Below are positions 39,556-52,647 of a stretch of DNA of 64,000 nt, in pieces. Where the stretch lies: NCBI GenBank assembly GCA_028826165.1, contig JAPDFW010000029.1, positions 10 to 64,009 on the forward strand, read 5' to 3'. This stretch comes from Anaeramoeba ignava BMAN (Eukaryota; Protista; Anaeramoebae). Below the pieces are notes generated by a model, which saw only the letters and a list, made by a program, of their open reading frames with translations, was not told the origin of the DNA and searched no databases. Position numbers and translations under genes: made by a program. Positions within the stretch are counted from its first letter, which is position 1. Each line of letters begins with the position of its first letter.

Positions 39556-41929
39556 AATTTCATTTTCAATTTCATTTTCAATTTCAACTTATATTTTATA
39601 AACAATTTAATAAATATTTTTAATTGTAATTTATTTTATTTTCATTTTATTTTGTGTGTAAATAAATTTTGAAAAATCAAAAATAAAATTAATAAAATAA
39701 AAATAAATTTTGAAAATAATAATTGAATTATTAATAAAATAAAAATATTAGAATTAATTAATTAATTAATTATAAATGAAAATTTATTATTATTAATTAT
39801 TAAAATAAATAAATTTGAAATGAAAATAATAAATAAAAATGAATATTAATTATATTATATAAATATAATGAATGGATATATAATTAATAAAATATATAAT
39901 AATAAATATCAATTCAAAAATATATATAGTATAAAATGTTTAAAAATAAAAATAAATTTTTAAAAGTATAAATCAAAATAAATAATATTTTTATCAACTT
40001 TATTTCAATTTATATAAATATAAATCAAAAAAAATAAAAAAATCAAATTTTATTCTAATTTATATATTTTAAACATTTTTCAATAATAAATATTAAATCA
40101 AAATATATATTCAAAATTAATATAATAATGGAATCAAATTTATTATCAATATTATATTAATAAATAATATAATAAATATAATATCAGAATAATAAATATA
40201 TTAATAAAAATATATTTTATTAAATATTCTTTTTTGGATTTGATTTTTATTTTGTAATTCTTTTTATATTTTTAGAATAATTATTTATTTATTTTCATTT
40301 ATTATTTTATTCAAAATTTCATTTTAATTTCATTTACAATTTAATTTATTTTAAATATAATTTAATTTCATTTTCATTTTCATTTTCATTTTCAATTTCA
40401 ATTTAATTTAGATTTGAATTATAAAATAAATGAAATTAAATAAAATTAATAATTAATTAATATTAAATAAATATTCTATTTATATTCATTATTATTATTA
40501 ATAACTATTTATATATCTATTCATTTTATTTGATTTATTTATTTGATTTATTTGATTTATTTATTCATCTCATTTTAAATTAATTTATTGAAAATTTTGT
40601 AACAAAAATAAATAAATAAATAAATAAAATATAAGTAATTTAATTTAATTTAATTTAATTTAATTTAATTTAATTTAATTTAATTTAATTTAATTTAATT
40701 TAATTTAATTTAATAAAAAGATAAAAAGTATTTTTGAAATGGAGAAAATAAAATTATAAATTAAAAGGAGAAAAAATAGAAAAGATAAAAAGTATTTTTT
40801 AAAAGATAAAAGTATTTTTTGAAATGGAGAAAATATAAAAAATAAAGGAGAAAAAAATAAATATAAAATTGATAATTGTTTTAATTATTTTTATTTCTTT
40901 ATTATTTTATTATTTTATTATTTTATTATTCTTTTATCAAAAATATAAATAATATTTATAAATAATAATTTAATTTTCATTTCAAAAATAATTAATCTAT
41001 AAAATATTAAATAATAATTAATATTAATATTAATTCAATTATATTCAATTTTCAACTTAAAATTTAATTTAATTTAATTTTCATTTTCAATTTCAATTTA
41101 TATTTTGTAAACAATTTAATAAATATTTTTAATTGTAATTTATTTTATTTTCATTTTATTTTTGTGTGTAAATGAATTTTGAAAAATCAAAAATAAAATT
41201 AATAAAATAAATAAAAATAAATTTTGAAAATAATAATTGAATTATTAATAAAATAAAAATATTAGAATTAATTAATTAATTAATTTAAATCAAAATTTAT
41301 TATTATTAATTATTAAAATAAATAAATTTGAAATGAAAAATAATAAATAAAAATGAATATTAATTATATTATATAAATATAATAAATGAATATATAATTA
41401 ATAAATATGTAATAATAAATATCAATTCAAAAATATATGTAATGTAAAATGTTTAAAAATAAAAATAAATTTTTAAAAGTATAAATCAAAATAAATAATA
41501 TTTTTATCAACTTTAATTTCAATTTATATAAATATAAATCAAAAAAATAAAAAAATCAAATTTTATTCTAATTTATATATTTTAAACATTTTTCAATAAT
41601 AAATATTAAATCAAAATATATATTCAAAATTAATATAATAATGGAATCAAATTTATTATCAATATTATATTAATAAATAATATAATAAATATAATATCAG
41701 AATAATAAATATATTAATAAAAATATATTTTATTAAATATTCTTTTTGGATTTGATTTTTATTTTGTAATTCTTTATATTTTTAGAATAATTATTTATTT
41801 ATTTTCATTTATTATTTTATTCAAAATTTCATTTTAATTTCATTTACAATTTAATTTATTTTAAATATAATTTAATTTCATTTTCATTTTCAATTTCATT
41901 TTCATTTTCAATTTCATATTTATATATAT

Positions 41930-43375
41930 AATTAATCAATTTAATTTTCAATTTATTTATAATTTATATTCAAAAAATAAAAAATCAATTTCTCTCTATA
42001 TATAAAATATATAAATTTAATTTTCAATTTATTTATAATTTAAATTCAAAAATAAAAAATCAATTTATTTATATATATTATAAACAAATTTATAACAAAA
42101 TAATTAATTAATTTAATTTCCAATTTATTTATAATTTATATTCAAAAATAAAAAATCAATTTCTCTCTATATATAAAATATATAAATTTAATTTTCAATT
42201 TATTTCAATTCAAATTAAAAATAAAAATCAATTTATTTATATATATTATAAACATATTTATAATAAAATAATTAATCAATTTAATTTTCAATTTATTTAT
42301 AATTTATATTCAAAAATAAAAAATCAATTTCTCTCTATATATAAAAATATATAAATTTATTTTTCAATTTATTTATAATTTAAATTTAAAATAAAAAAAA
42401 ATCAATTTATTTATATATATTATAAACAAATTTATAACAAAATAATTAATTAATTTAATTTTCAATTTATTTATAATTTATATTCAAAATAAAAATCAAT
42501 TTCTCTCTATATATAAAATATATAAATTTAATTTTCAATTTATTTCAATTTAAATTTAAAAATAAAAAAAATCAATTTATTTATATATATTATAAACAAA
42601 TTTATAACAAAATAATTTATAAATTTAATTCCCAATTTATTTATAATTTATATTCAAAAATAAAAATCAATTTCTCTATATATAAAATATATAAATTTAT
42701 TTTTCAATTTGTTTATAATTCAAATTAAAAATAAAAATCAATTTATTTATATATATAATAAAACAAATTTATAATAAAATAATTCAATTAATTTAATTTT
42801 CAATTTATTTATAATTTTTAATTCAAAAATAAAAATCAATTTCTCTCTATATATAAAATATATAAATTTATTTTTCAATTTATAATTAAAATTTAAAAAT
42901 AAAAATCAATTTATTTATATATATTATAAACAAATTTATAACAAAATAATTTATTAATTTAATTCCCAATTTATTTATAATTTATATTCAAAAATAAAAA
43001 TCAATTTCTCTCTATATAAAATATATAAATTTAATTTTCAATTTATTTATAATTTAAATTTAAAAATAAAAATCAATTTATTTATATATATTATAAACAA
43101 ATTTATAATAAAATAATTTATTAATTTAATTTCCAATTTATTTATAATTTATATTCAAAAATAAAAATCAATTTCTCTCTATATATAAAATATATAAATT
43201 TAATTTTCAATTTATTTATAATTTAAATTAAAAATAAAAATCAATTTATTTATATATATAATAAACAAATTTATAACAAAATAATTAATTAATTTAATTT
43301 CCAATTTATTTATAATTTATATTCAAAAATAAAAATCAATTTCATATATAAAATACATAAATTTATTTTTCAATT
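41930..43375. repeat. ~170-bp tandem repeat, array 4 (~9 units)
   Basis: Marker at ~41986, 42158, 42326, 42498, 42669, 42838, 43003, 43170, 43338. Confidence 0.95.
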
Positions 43376-44412
43376 TGATTTGAATTTGAATTTGAATTTG
43401 AAGGGAATTTGAATAATAATTTAATTTTAATTCATAATTTAATTTATTTTTATTTTTATTTTTAATTTATGTTTTTAATTTTTTGAATTTTTATTTTAAT
43501 TTATTTAATTTTAATTTGAATTTTTAATTTGAATTTAAATTTAAAATTTAATTTAATTTGAATTTAATTTGAATTTGAATTTTAATTTGAATTTGATTTG
43601 AATTTAATTTGAATTTAATTTGATTTGAATTTAAAACAAATATTTATTTCTTTTGGTTATTTTTCTTTTTTTTTCATTTTCAATTACATTTCATTTCATT
43701 TCATTTTCAATTACATTTTCAATTACATTTTCAATTACATTTTCAATTACATTTTCAATTACATTTTCAATTACATTTTCAATTACATTTTCAATTACAT
43801 TTTCAATTACATTTTCAATTACATTTTCAATTTATTTTTTAATTTATTTTCAATTTCAATTTTTATTTTGTAAACAATTTAATAAATATTTTTAATTGTA
43901 ATTTATTTTATTTTCATTTTATTTTTGTGTAAATGAATTTTTGAAAAATCAAAAAAAAAAATAAAATTAAATAAAAATAAATTTTGAAAATAATAATTGA
44001 ATTATTAATAAAATAAAAAATATTAGAATTAATTAATTAATTAATTATAAATGAAAATTTATTATTATTAATTATTAAAATAAATAAAATTTGAAATGAA
44101 AAATAATAAATAAAAATGAATATTAATTATATTATATAAATATAATGAATGAATATATAATTAATAAATATATAATAATAAATATCAATTCAAAATATAT
44201 ATAATGTAAAATGTTTAAAAAATAAAAATAAATTTTTAAAAGTATAAATCAAAATAAATAATATTTTTTTTATCAACTTTATTTCAATTTATATAAATAT
44301 AAATCAAAAAAAAAATAAAAAAAAATCAAATTTTATTCTAATTTATAAAAAGAAAAGAAAAGAAAAAGAAAAAAAAAAATAAAAAAAAAATAAAATAAAT
44401 TAATAAAAAAAA

Positions 44413-44778
44413 GTGAATAGTGCCCGCCTCCCTCCCCGTTAACACCGACTTACAGCCGTTGTTACCAACCCTCAGGGTTGTCAAACCTCGATATTCGAAA
44501 TGTCTTGTATGTTGTTTTGGAATTACAAACTGAGATTTGTCAAACAAGTCTTTCATATGGATTTATTTATTTGTTTATTCGAAAGGAATCCTTTCTCATT
44601 AAATAAATCCTATTCGGATTTGTTTGACAAATCTCTCAGTTTTAAAAATACATACTCGCTTTCGCTCGGTTGCTCCTCTTACCCCCTTTTCACTAGTTTT
44701 AGTTCCCCTCACTAATATGTGTTTGTAAGTGATATACTTACCTCTTTATATCTTGAAAAATGGGTTGAAAATGGAGAA
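44413..44778. ncRNA. Hairpin island H, copy 3 (most complete)
   Basis: In order: C-rich 5' segment GTGCCCGCCTCCCTCCCCGTTAACACC, CAACCC-TCA-GGGTTG hairpin (44466-44480), long hairpin (core 44531-44632), CTCGCTTTCGCTCG (44655-44668), C-rich tract, GTAAGT-gatat-ACTTAC (44725-44741). Confidence 0.5.
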
Positions 44779-46332
44779 TATTTATTTTCAATTTTTGTAA
44801 AAAGTATTATCAATTATGGGAAAAAAATTATTAAAAAAAAACAAAAAGAATTGTTTTTATTTATTTATTTATTTACAACAGAATGTAATTTAGATTTTTT
44901 TTTTCAATGAATTTATTTTTATTAAATATCTTTTTCATTTATAAATCATTAAGAAAAGAAATGAAAATATTTTATTTTATTTTATTTTCCAACATTAAAA
45001 TATTATAAATTAATGAATAAATAATCAAATTATTATTATTATTACTTCTAATATATAATTAATAAATATAAATCAAAAGAAAAATGAAAAATAAAATCAA
45101 AAATATATGTATTACAAACATTTTTCAAAAAATACATATCAATTTAATTATATTCAAAATTAATATAATAATATAATCAAATTAATTATCAATATTATAT
45201 TAATAAATAATATAATAAATATAATATCAGAATAATAAATATATTAATAAAAATATATTTTATTAAATATTCTATTAAATATTCTTTTGGAATAATTAAT
45301 ATTTATTTTGATTTCATTTCTTTTTGAAATTTCATTTTCATTTTAATTTTCAATTTTGATTTACAATTAAATTTATTTTTAATCAATTTTGAATTTTTGA
45401 ATTTTAAATTTTAAAATTAAATATTTACATCTATTTATTATACTTAATTTATTTATTCATTTTATTTTAAATTAAATTAAATAAAAATATTAGAATTAAT
45501 TATAAAATGAAAATTTATTATTATTAATTATTAAAATAAATAAATTTGAAATGAAAAATAATAAATAAAAATGAATATTAATTATATTATATAAATATAA
45601 ATAATGAATATATAATTAATAAATATATAATAATAAATATCAATTCAAAATATATATAATGTAAAAATGTTTAAAAATAAAAATAAATTTTTAAAAGTAT
45701 AAATCAAAATAAATAATATTTTTATCAACTTTATTTCAATTTATATAAATATAAATCAAAAAAAATCAAAATTTTATTCAATTTTTATATATTTTAAACA
45801 TTTTCAATAATAAATATTAAATCAAAATATATATTCAAAATTAATATAATAATGTAATCAAATTTATTATCAATATTATATTAATAAATAATATAATAAA
45901 TATAATATCAGAATAATAAATATATTAATAAAAATATATTTTATTAAATATTCTTTTTTTTGATTTGATTTTTATTTTGTAATTCTTTTTATATTTTTTA
46001 GAATAATTATTTATTTATTTTCATTTATTATTTTATTCAAAATTTCATTTTAATTTCATTTACAATTTAATTTATTTTAAATATAATTTAATTTCATTTT
46101 CATTTTCATTTTCATTTTCAATTTAATTTGATTTGAATTTAATTTGATTTGATTTGGATTTGATTTGATTTCAATTTGATTTTAATTTGAATTTAATTTG
46201 AATTTGAATTTAATTTGAATTTTAATTTAATTTTCAATTTAGATTACAATCAACTTTACATAATAAATAAACACAAAAAAAAATCAATCAATATTCATTT
46301 CTGATTTTTATTTTGATTTTTCTTATTATTTT

Positions 46333-49165
46333 GAATTCAATTTACAATTAAATTAAATAAATATAATTTACAATTAAATTAAATAAATTAATTCAATTTA
46401 CAATTAAATTACAATTAAATTCAATTTACAATTAAATTACAATTAAATTCAATTTACAATTAAATATAATTCAATTTACAATTAAATATAATTCAATTTA
46501 CAATTAAATATAATTCAATTTACAATTAAATATAATTCAATTTACAATTAAATATAATTCAATTTACAATTAAATCAATAAATAATTCAATTTACAATTA
46601 AATCAATAATTAATTCAATTTACAATTAAATCAATAAATAATTCAATTTACAATTAAATCAATAATTAATTCAATTTACAATTAAATCAATAAATAATTC
46701 AATTTACAATTAAATCAATAAATAATTCAATTTACAATTAAATTAAATTAAATTCAATTTACAATTAAATTAAATTAAATTCAATTTACAATTAAATTAA
46801 ATTAAATTCAATTTACAATTAAATCAATAAATAATTCAATTTACAATTAAATCAATAAATAATTCAATTTACAATTAAATCAATAAATAATTCAATTTAC
46901 AATTAAATCAATAAATAATTCAATTTACAATTAAATCAATAAATAATTCAATTTACAATTAAATCAATAAATAATTCAATTTACAATTAAATTAAATAAA
47001 TAAATTCAATTTACAATTAAATTCAATTCAATTTACAATTAAATTAAATAAATAAATTCAATTTTACAATTAAATAAAATAAATAAATTCAATTTACAAT
47101 TAAATTAAATAAATTAAATTCAATTTACAATTAAATTAAATAAAATAAATTTAATTTTACAATTAAATTAAATAAAAAATAATTCAATTCAATTTACAAT
47201 TAAATTAAATAAATTCAATTTAATTTACAATTAAATTAAATAAATAATTCAATTCAATTTACAATTAAATTAAATAAATTCAATTTAATTTACAATTAAA
47301 TTAAATAAATTCAATTTAATTTACAATTAAATTAAATAAATTCAATTTAATTTACAATTAAATTAAAAATAAATTCAATTTACAATTAAATAAATAAATA
47401 AATTCAATTTACAATTAAATTACATTCAATTTACAATTAAATAAATTCAATTTACATTTAAATTACATTCAATTTACAATTAAATTACATTCAATTTACA
47501 ATTAAATTACATTCAATTTACAATTAAATTACATTCAATTTACAATTAAATTACATTCAATTTACAATTAAATTACATTCAATTTACAATTAAATTACAT
47601 TCAATTTACAATTAAATTACATTCAATTTACAATTAAATTACATTCAATTTACAATTAAATTAAATATAATTCAATTTACAATTAAATTAAATATAATTC
47701 AATTTACAATTAAATCAAATATAATTCAATTTACAATTAAATCAAATATAATTCAATTTACAATTAAATTAAATAAATAATTCAATTTACAATTAAATTA
47801 AATAAATAATTCAATTTACAATTAAATTAAATAAATAATTCAATTTACAATTAAATTAAATAAATAATTCAATTTACAATTAAATTAAATAAATTAATTC
47901 AATTTACAATTAAATTAATAAATATAATTCAATTTACAATTAAATTAATAAATATAATTCAATTTACAATTAAATTAAATAAATATAATTCAATTTACAA
48001 TTAAATTAAATAAATATAATTCAATTTACAATTAAATTAATAATAAATTCAATTTACAATTAAATTAAATAAATATAATTCAATTTACAATTAAATTAAT
48101 AATAAATTCAATTTACAATTAAATTAATAATAAATTCAATTTACAATTAAATTAATAATAAATTCAATTTACAATTAAATTAAATAAATTAATTCAATTT
48201 ACAATTAAATTAAATAAATATAATTCAATTTACAATTAAATTAAATAAATTAATTCAATTTACAATTAAATTAAATAAATTAATTCAATTTACAATTAAA
48301 TTAAATAAATATAATTCAATTTACAATTAAATTAAATTACATTCAATTTACAATTAAATTAAATAAATTAATTCAATTTACAATTAAATTAATAATAAAT
48401 TCAATTTACAATTAAATTAAATAAATTAATTCAATTTACAATTAAATTAAATAAATTCAATTCAATTTACAATTAAATTAAATAAATTAATTCAATTTAC
48501 AATTAAATTAAATAAATATAATTCAATTTACAATTAAATTAAATAAATAAATTCAATTTACAATTAAATTAATAATAAATTCAATTTACAATTAAATTAA
48601 ATAAATTAATTCAATTTACAATTAAATTAAATAAATTAATTCAATTTACAATTAAATTAAATAAATTAATTCAATTTACAATTAAATTAAATAAATATAA
48701 TTCAATTTACAATTAAATTAAATAAATATAATTTAATTTACAATTAAATTAAATAATAATATAATTCAATTTACAATTAAATTAAATAATAATTTAATTC
48801 AATTTACAATTAAATCAAAAATTAATTCAATTTACAATTAAATCAAAAATTAATTCAATTTACAATTAAATCAAAAATTAATTCAATTTACAATTAAATC
48901 AAAAATTAATTCAATTTACAATTAAATCAAAAATTAATTCAATTTACAATTAAATCAAAAATTAATTCAATTTACAATTAAATCAAAAATTAATTCAATT
49001 TACAATTAAATCAAAAATTAATTCAATTTACAATTAAATCAAAAATTAATTCAATTTACAATTAAATTAAATAAATAATTCAATTTACAATTAAATCAAA
49101 AATTAATTCAATTTACAATTAAATCAAAAATTAATTCAATTTACAATTAAATTAAATAAATTACA
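46333..49165. repeat. Satellite S array 4 (~100 units, organised in homogeneous runs of linker variants)
   Basis: Runs of TATAA (46460-46560), TCAATAAATAA (46570-46975), TTACA (47420-47645) and TCAAAAATTAA (48810-49050) linkers. Confidence 0.97.
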
Positions 49166-50502
49166 TTTTGATTTGATTTTATTTATTTATTAATAAAATG
49201 AATTTATGTTCAAACACTTATTTTTCAATTTTATTTGATTTTTATTTGATTTTCATTGTTTTATTTTGATTTTCAATTATTTTGAATTAAAACAGAACAA
49301 AAAGTAAATCTATATTGAATAAAGTTATTTTATTATATTTTTTATTCAATTTAATATAAAACAATTATTTCACTTCAATTATACAATAAAATTGAAGTAT
49401 ATTTTGAATTAATTTACAACATAATTCCATTTAATTCACATTTATTTCAATTCAAATTTATATTCAATTTTATTTATAGTTAATTTATAAAGGAAATAAA
49501 AAGGAAATTAAAATGGGGTTGGGTTGAAGGTGCATAAGGAGATTAATAATAATTTATTCATAATTTATTCATAATTTAATTTATTTTTTATTTTTATTTT
49601 TAATTTATGTTTTTAATTTTGAAATTTATTTTTATATTTGATATATACATTTTTAGTATTTTGTAAATTAAAATATTTATAAATAAATATTTATTTTAAT
49701 TTAATTTAATTTTAATTTAATTTAATTTAATTTAATTTTGTTTTTTATTAATTTAGAATTAATAATCAATTTTTAAAATATAATATATATTTTATCTTCT
49801 TTTTCTTCTTCTATTTATTTATTTACTTATTTGCAATTTCATTTTCAATTTAATTTAATTTAATTTTCAATTTCATTTTACAATTTAATTTCTATTTTCA
49901 TTTTAATTTTCAATTTAATTTAATTTTAATTCAATTTAATTCATATTTTATATTTTATAAATTAAATAAATAAAATATTTTTAATTGTAATTTATTTTAT
50001 TTTCATTTTATTTTGTGTGTAAATGAATTTTGAAAAATCAAAAATAAAATTAATAAAATAAAAATAAATTTTGAAAATAATAATTGAATTATTAATAAAA
50101 TAAAAATATTAGAATTAATTAATTAATTAATTATAAATCAAAAATTTATTATTATTAATTATTAAAATAAATAAATTTGAAATGAAAAATAATAAATAAA
50201 AAATGAATATTAATTATATTATATAAATATAAAGAATGAATATATAATTAATAAATATATAATAATAAATATCAATTCAAAATATATATAATATAAAATG
50301 TTTAAAAAATAAAAATAAATTTTTAAAAGTATAAATCAAAATAAATAATATTTTTTTAATCAACTTTATTTCAATTTATATAAATATAAATCAAAAAAAA
50401 AATAAAAAAAAATCAAATTTTATTCTAATTTATAAAAAGAAAAGAAAAAAGAAAAGAAAAAAAAAAAGAAAAAATAAAAAAAAAGTAAATAAATTAATAA
50501 AA

Positions 50503-50815
50503 CTCAGGGTTGTCAAACCTCGATATTCGAAATGTCTTGTATGTTGTTTTGGAATTACAAACTGAGATTTGTCAAACAAGTCTTTCATATGGATTTATTT
50601 ATTTGTTTATTCGAAAGGAATCCTTTCTCATTAAATAAATCCTATTCGGATTTGTTTGACAAATCTCAGTTTGTCAAAACACATACTCGCTTTCGCTCGG
50701 TTGCTCCTCTTACCCCCCTTTCACTAGTTCTCCCCCCGTTCCCCTCACTAATATGTGTTTGTAAGTGATATACTTACCTCTTTATATCTTGAAAAATGGG
50801 TTGAAAATGGGGAAT
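50503..50815. ncRNA. Hairpin island H, copy 4 (best long hairpin; 5' GC segment missing)
   Basis: Perfect 23-bp inverted repeat ACAAACTGAGATTTGTCAAACAA (50557-50579) / TTGTTTGACAAATCTCAGTTTGT (50652-50674) within a ~148-nt hairpin (50539-50686). Confidence 0.5.
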
Positions 50816-52647
50816 ATTTATTTTCAATTTTTTGTAAAAGTATTATCAATTATGGAAAAAAAAATTTATTAAAAAAAAACAAAAAGAATTGTTTTTATTT
50901 ATTTATTTACAACAGAATGTAATTTAGATTTATTTTTCAATGAATTTATTTTATTAAATATCTTTTTTTTTTTCATTTATAAATCATTAAGAAAAGAAAT
51001 GAAATGAAAATATTTTATTTTATTTTCCAACATTAAAATATTATAAATTAATGAATAAATAATCAAATTATTATTATTATTACTTCTAATATATAATTAA
51101 TAAATATAAATCAAAAAGAAAAATGAAAAAATAAAATCAAAATATATATATTACAAACATTTTTCAAAAATAAATATCAATTTAAATATATTCAAAATTA
51201 ATATAATAATGTAATCAAATTAATTATCAATATTATATTAATAAATAATATAATAAATATAATATAAGAATAATAAATCTATTAATAAAAATATATTTTA
51301 TTAAATATTCTATTAAATATTCTTTTGGAATAATTAATATTTATTTTGATTTCATTTCTTTTTGAAATTTCATTTTCATTTTCAATTTCAATTTTGATTT
51401 ACAATTAAATTTATTTTTAATCAATTTTGAATTTTGAATTTTAAATTTTAAATTAAATATTTACATCTATTTATTATACTTAATTTATTTATTCATTTTA
51501 TTTTTAAATTAAATTAAATAAAAATATTAGAATTAATTAATGAATTAATTATAAATCAAAATTTATTATTATTAATTATTAAAATAAATAAATTTGAAAT
51601 GAAAAATAATAAATAAAAATGAATATTAATTATATTATATAAATATAATGAATGAATATATAATTAATAAATATATAATAATAAATATTAATTCAAAATA
51701 TATATAATGTAAAATGTTTAAAAATGAAAATAAATTTTTAAAAGTATAAATCAAAATAAATAATATTTTTTTATCAACTTAATTTCAATTTATATAAATA
51801 TAAATCAAAAAAAAATAAAAAAAATCAAATTTTATTCTAATTTATATATTTTAAACATTTTCCAATAATAAATATTAAATCAAAAATATATATTCAAAAT
51901 TAATATAATAATGAAATCAAATTTATTATCAATATTATATTAATAAATAATATAATAAATATAATATAAGAATAATAAATATATTAATAAAAATATATTT
52001 TATTAAATATTCTTTTTGGATTTGATTTTTATTTTGTAATTCTTTTTATATTTTTTAGAATAATTATTTATTTATTTTCATTTATTATTTTATTCAAAAT
52101 TTCATTTTAATTTCATTTACAATTTAATTTATTTTAAATATAATTTAATTTCATTTTCATTTTCATTTTCAATTTAATTTTCATTTCAATTTCATTTTAA
52201 TTTGAATTTAATTTGAATTTAATTTAATTTTAATTTTAATTTGAATTTAATTTGATTTGAATTTTATTTGATTTGATTTGAATTTTAATTTGAATTTGAA
52301 TTTGAATTTGATTTGAATTTGAATTTGAATTTGAATTTTTATTTGAATTTAATTTGGATTTAATTTGAATTTGAATTTGATTTGAATTGAATTTAATTTG
52401 AATTTGAATTTAATTGAATTTGATTTCAATTTGAATTTAATTTGAATTTGAATTTAATTTGAATTTGAATTTGAATTTAATTTGAATTTAATTTGAATTT
52501 AATTTGAATTTAATTTGAATTTGATTTGAATTCATTTAAATTTTCAATTTAGATTAAAATCAACTTTACATAATAAATAAACACAAAAAAAATCAATCAA
52601 TATTCATTTCTGATTTTTATTTTGATTTTTTTTATTATTTTTATTTT

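Noticed and set aside
39350-43895. FQLH/FNYI/FSIT repeat ORFs
   Set aside because: Translations of (CAATTACATTTT)n in all three frames.
44338-50768. ORFs in island H (MSCMLFWNYK…, MKDLFDKSQF…, …YLEKWVENGEY…)
   Set aside because: They are short, frames are not preserved between copies, and DLFDKSQFV appears on both strands because of the inverted repeat, supporting structure rather than coding.
50770-50900. U1 snRNA gene
   Set aside because: Only the first 10 nt match; no U1-70K (GAUCAC) or U1A (AUUGCAC) loops or cloverleaf follow.
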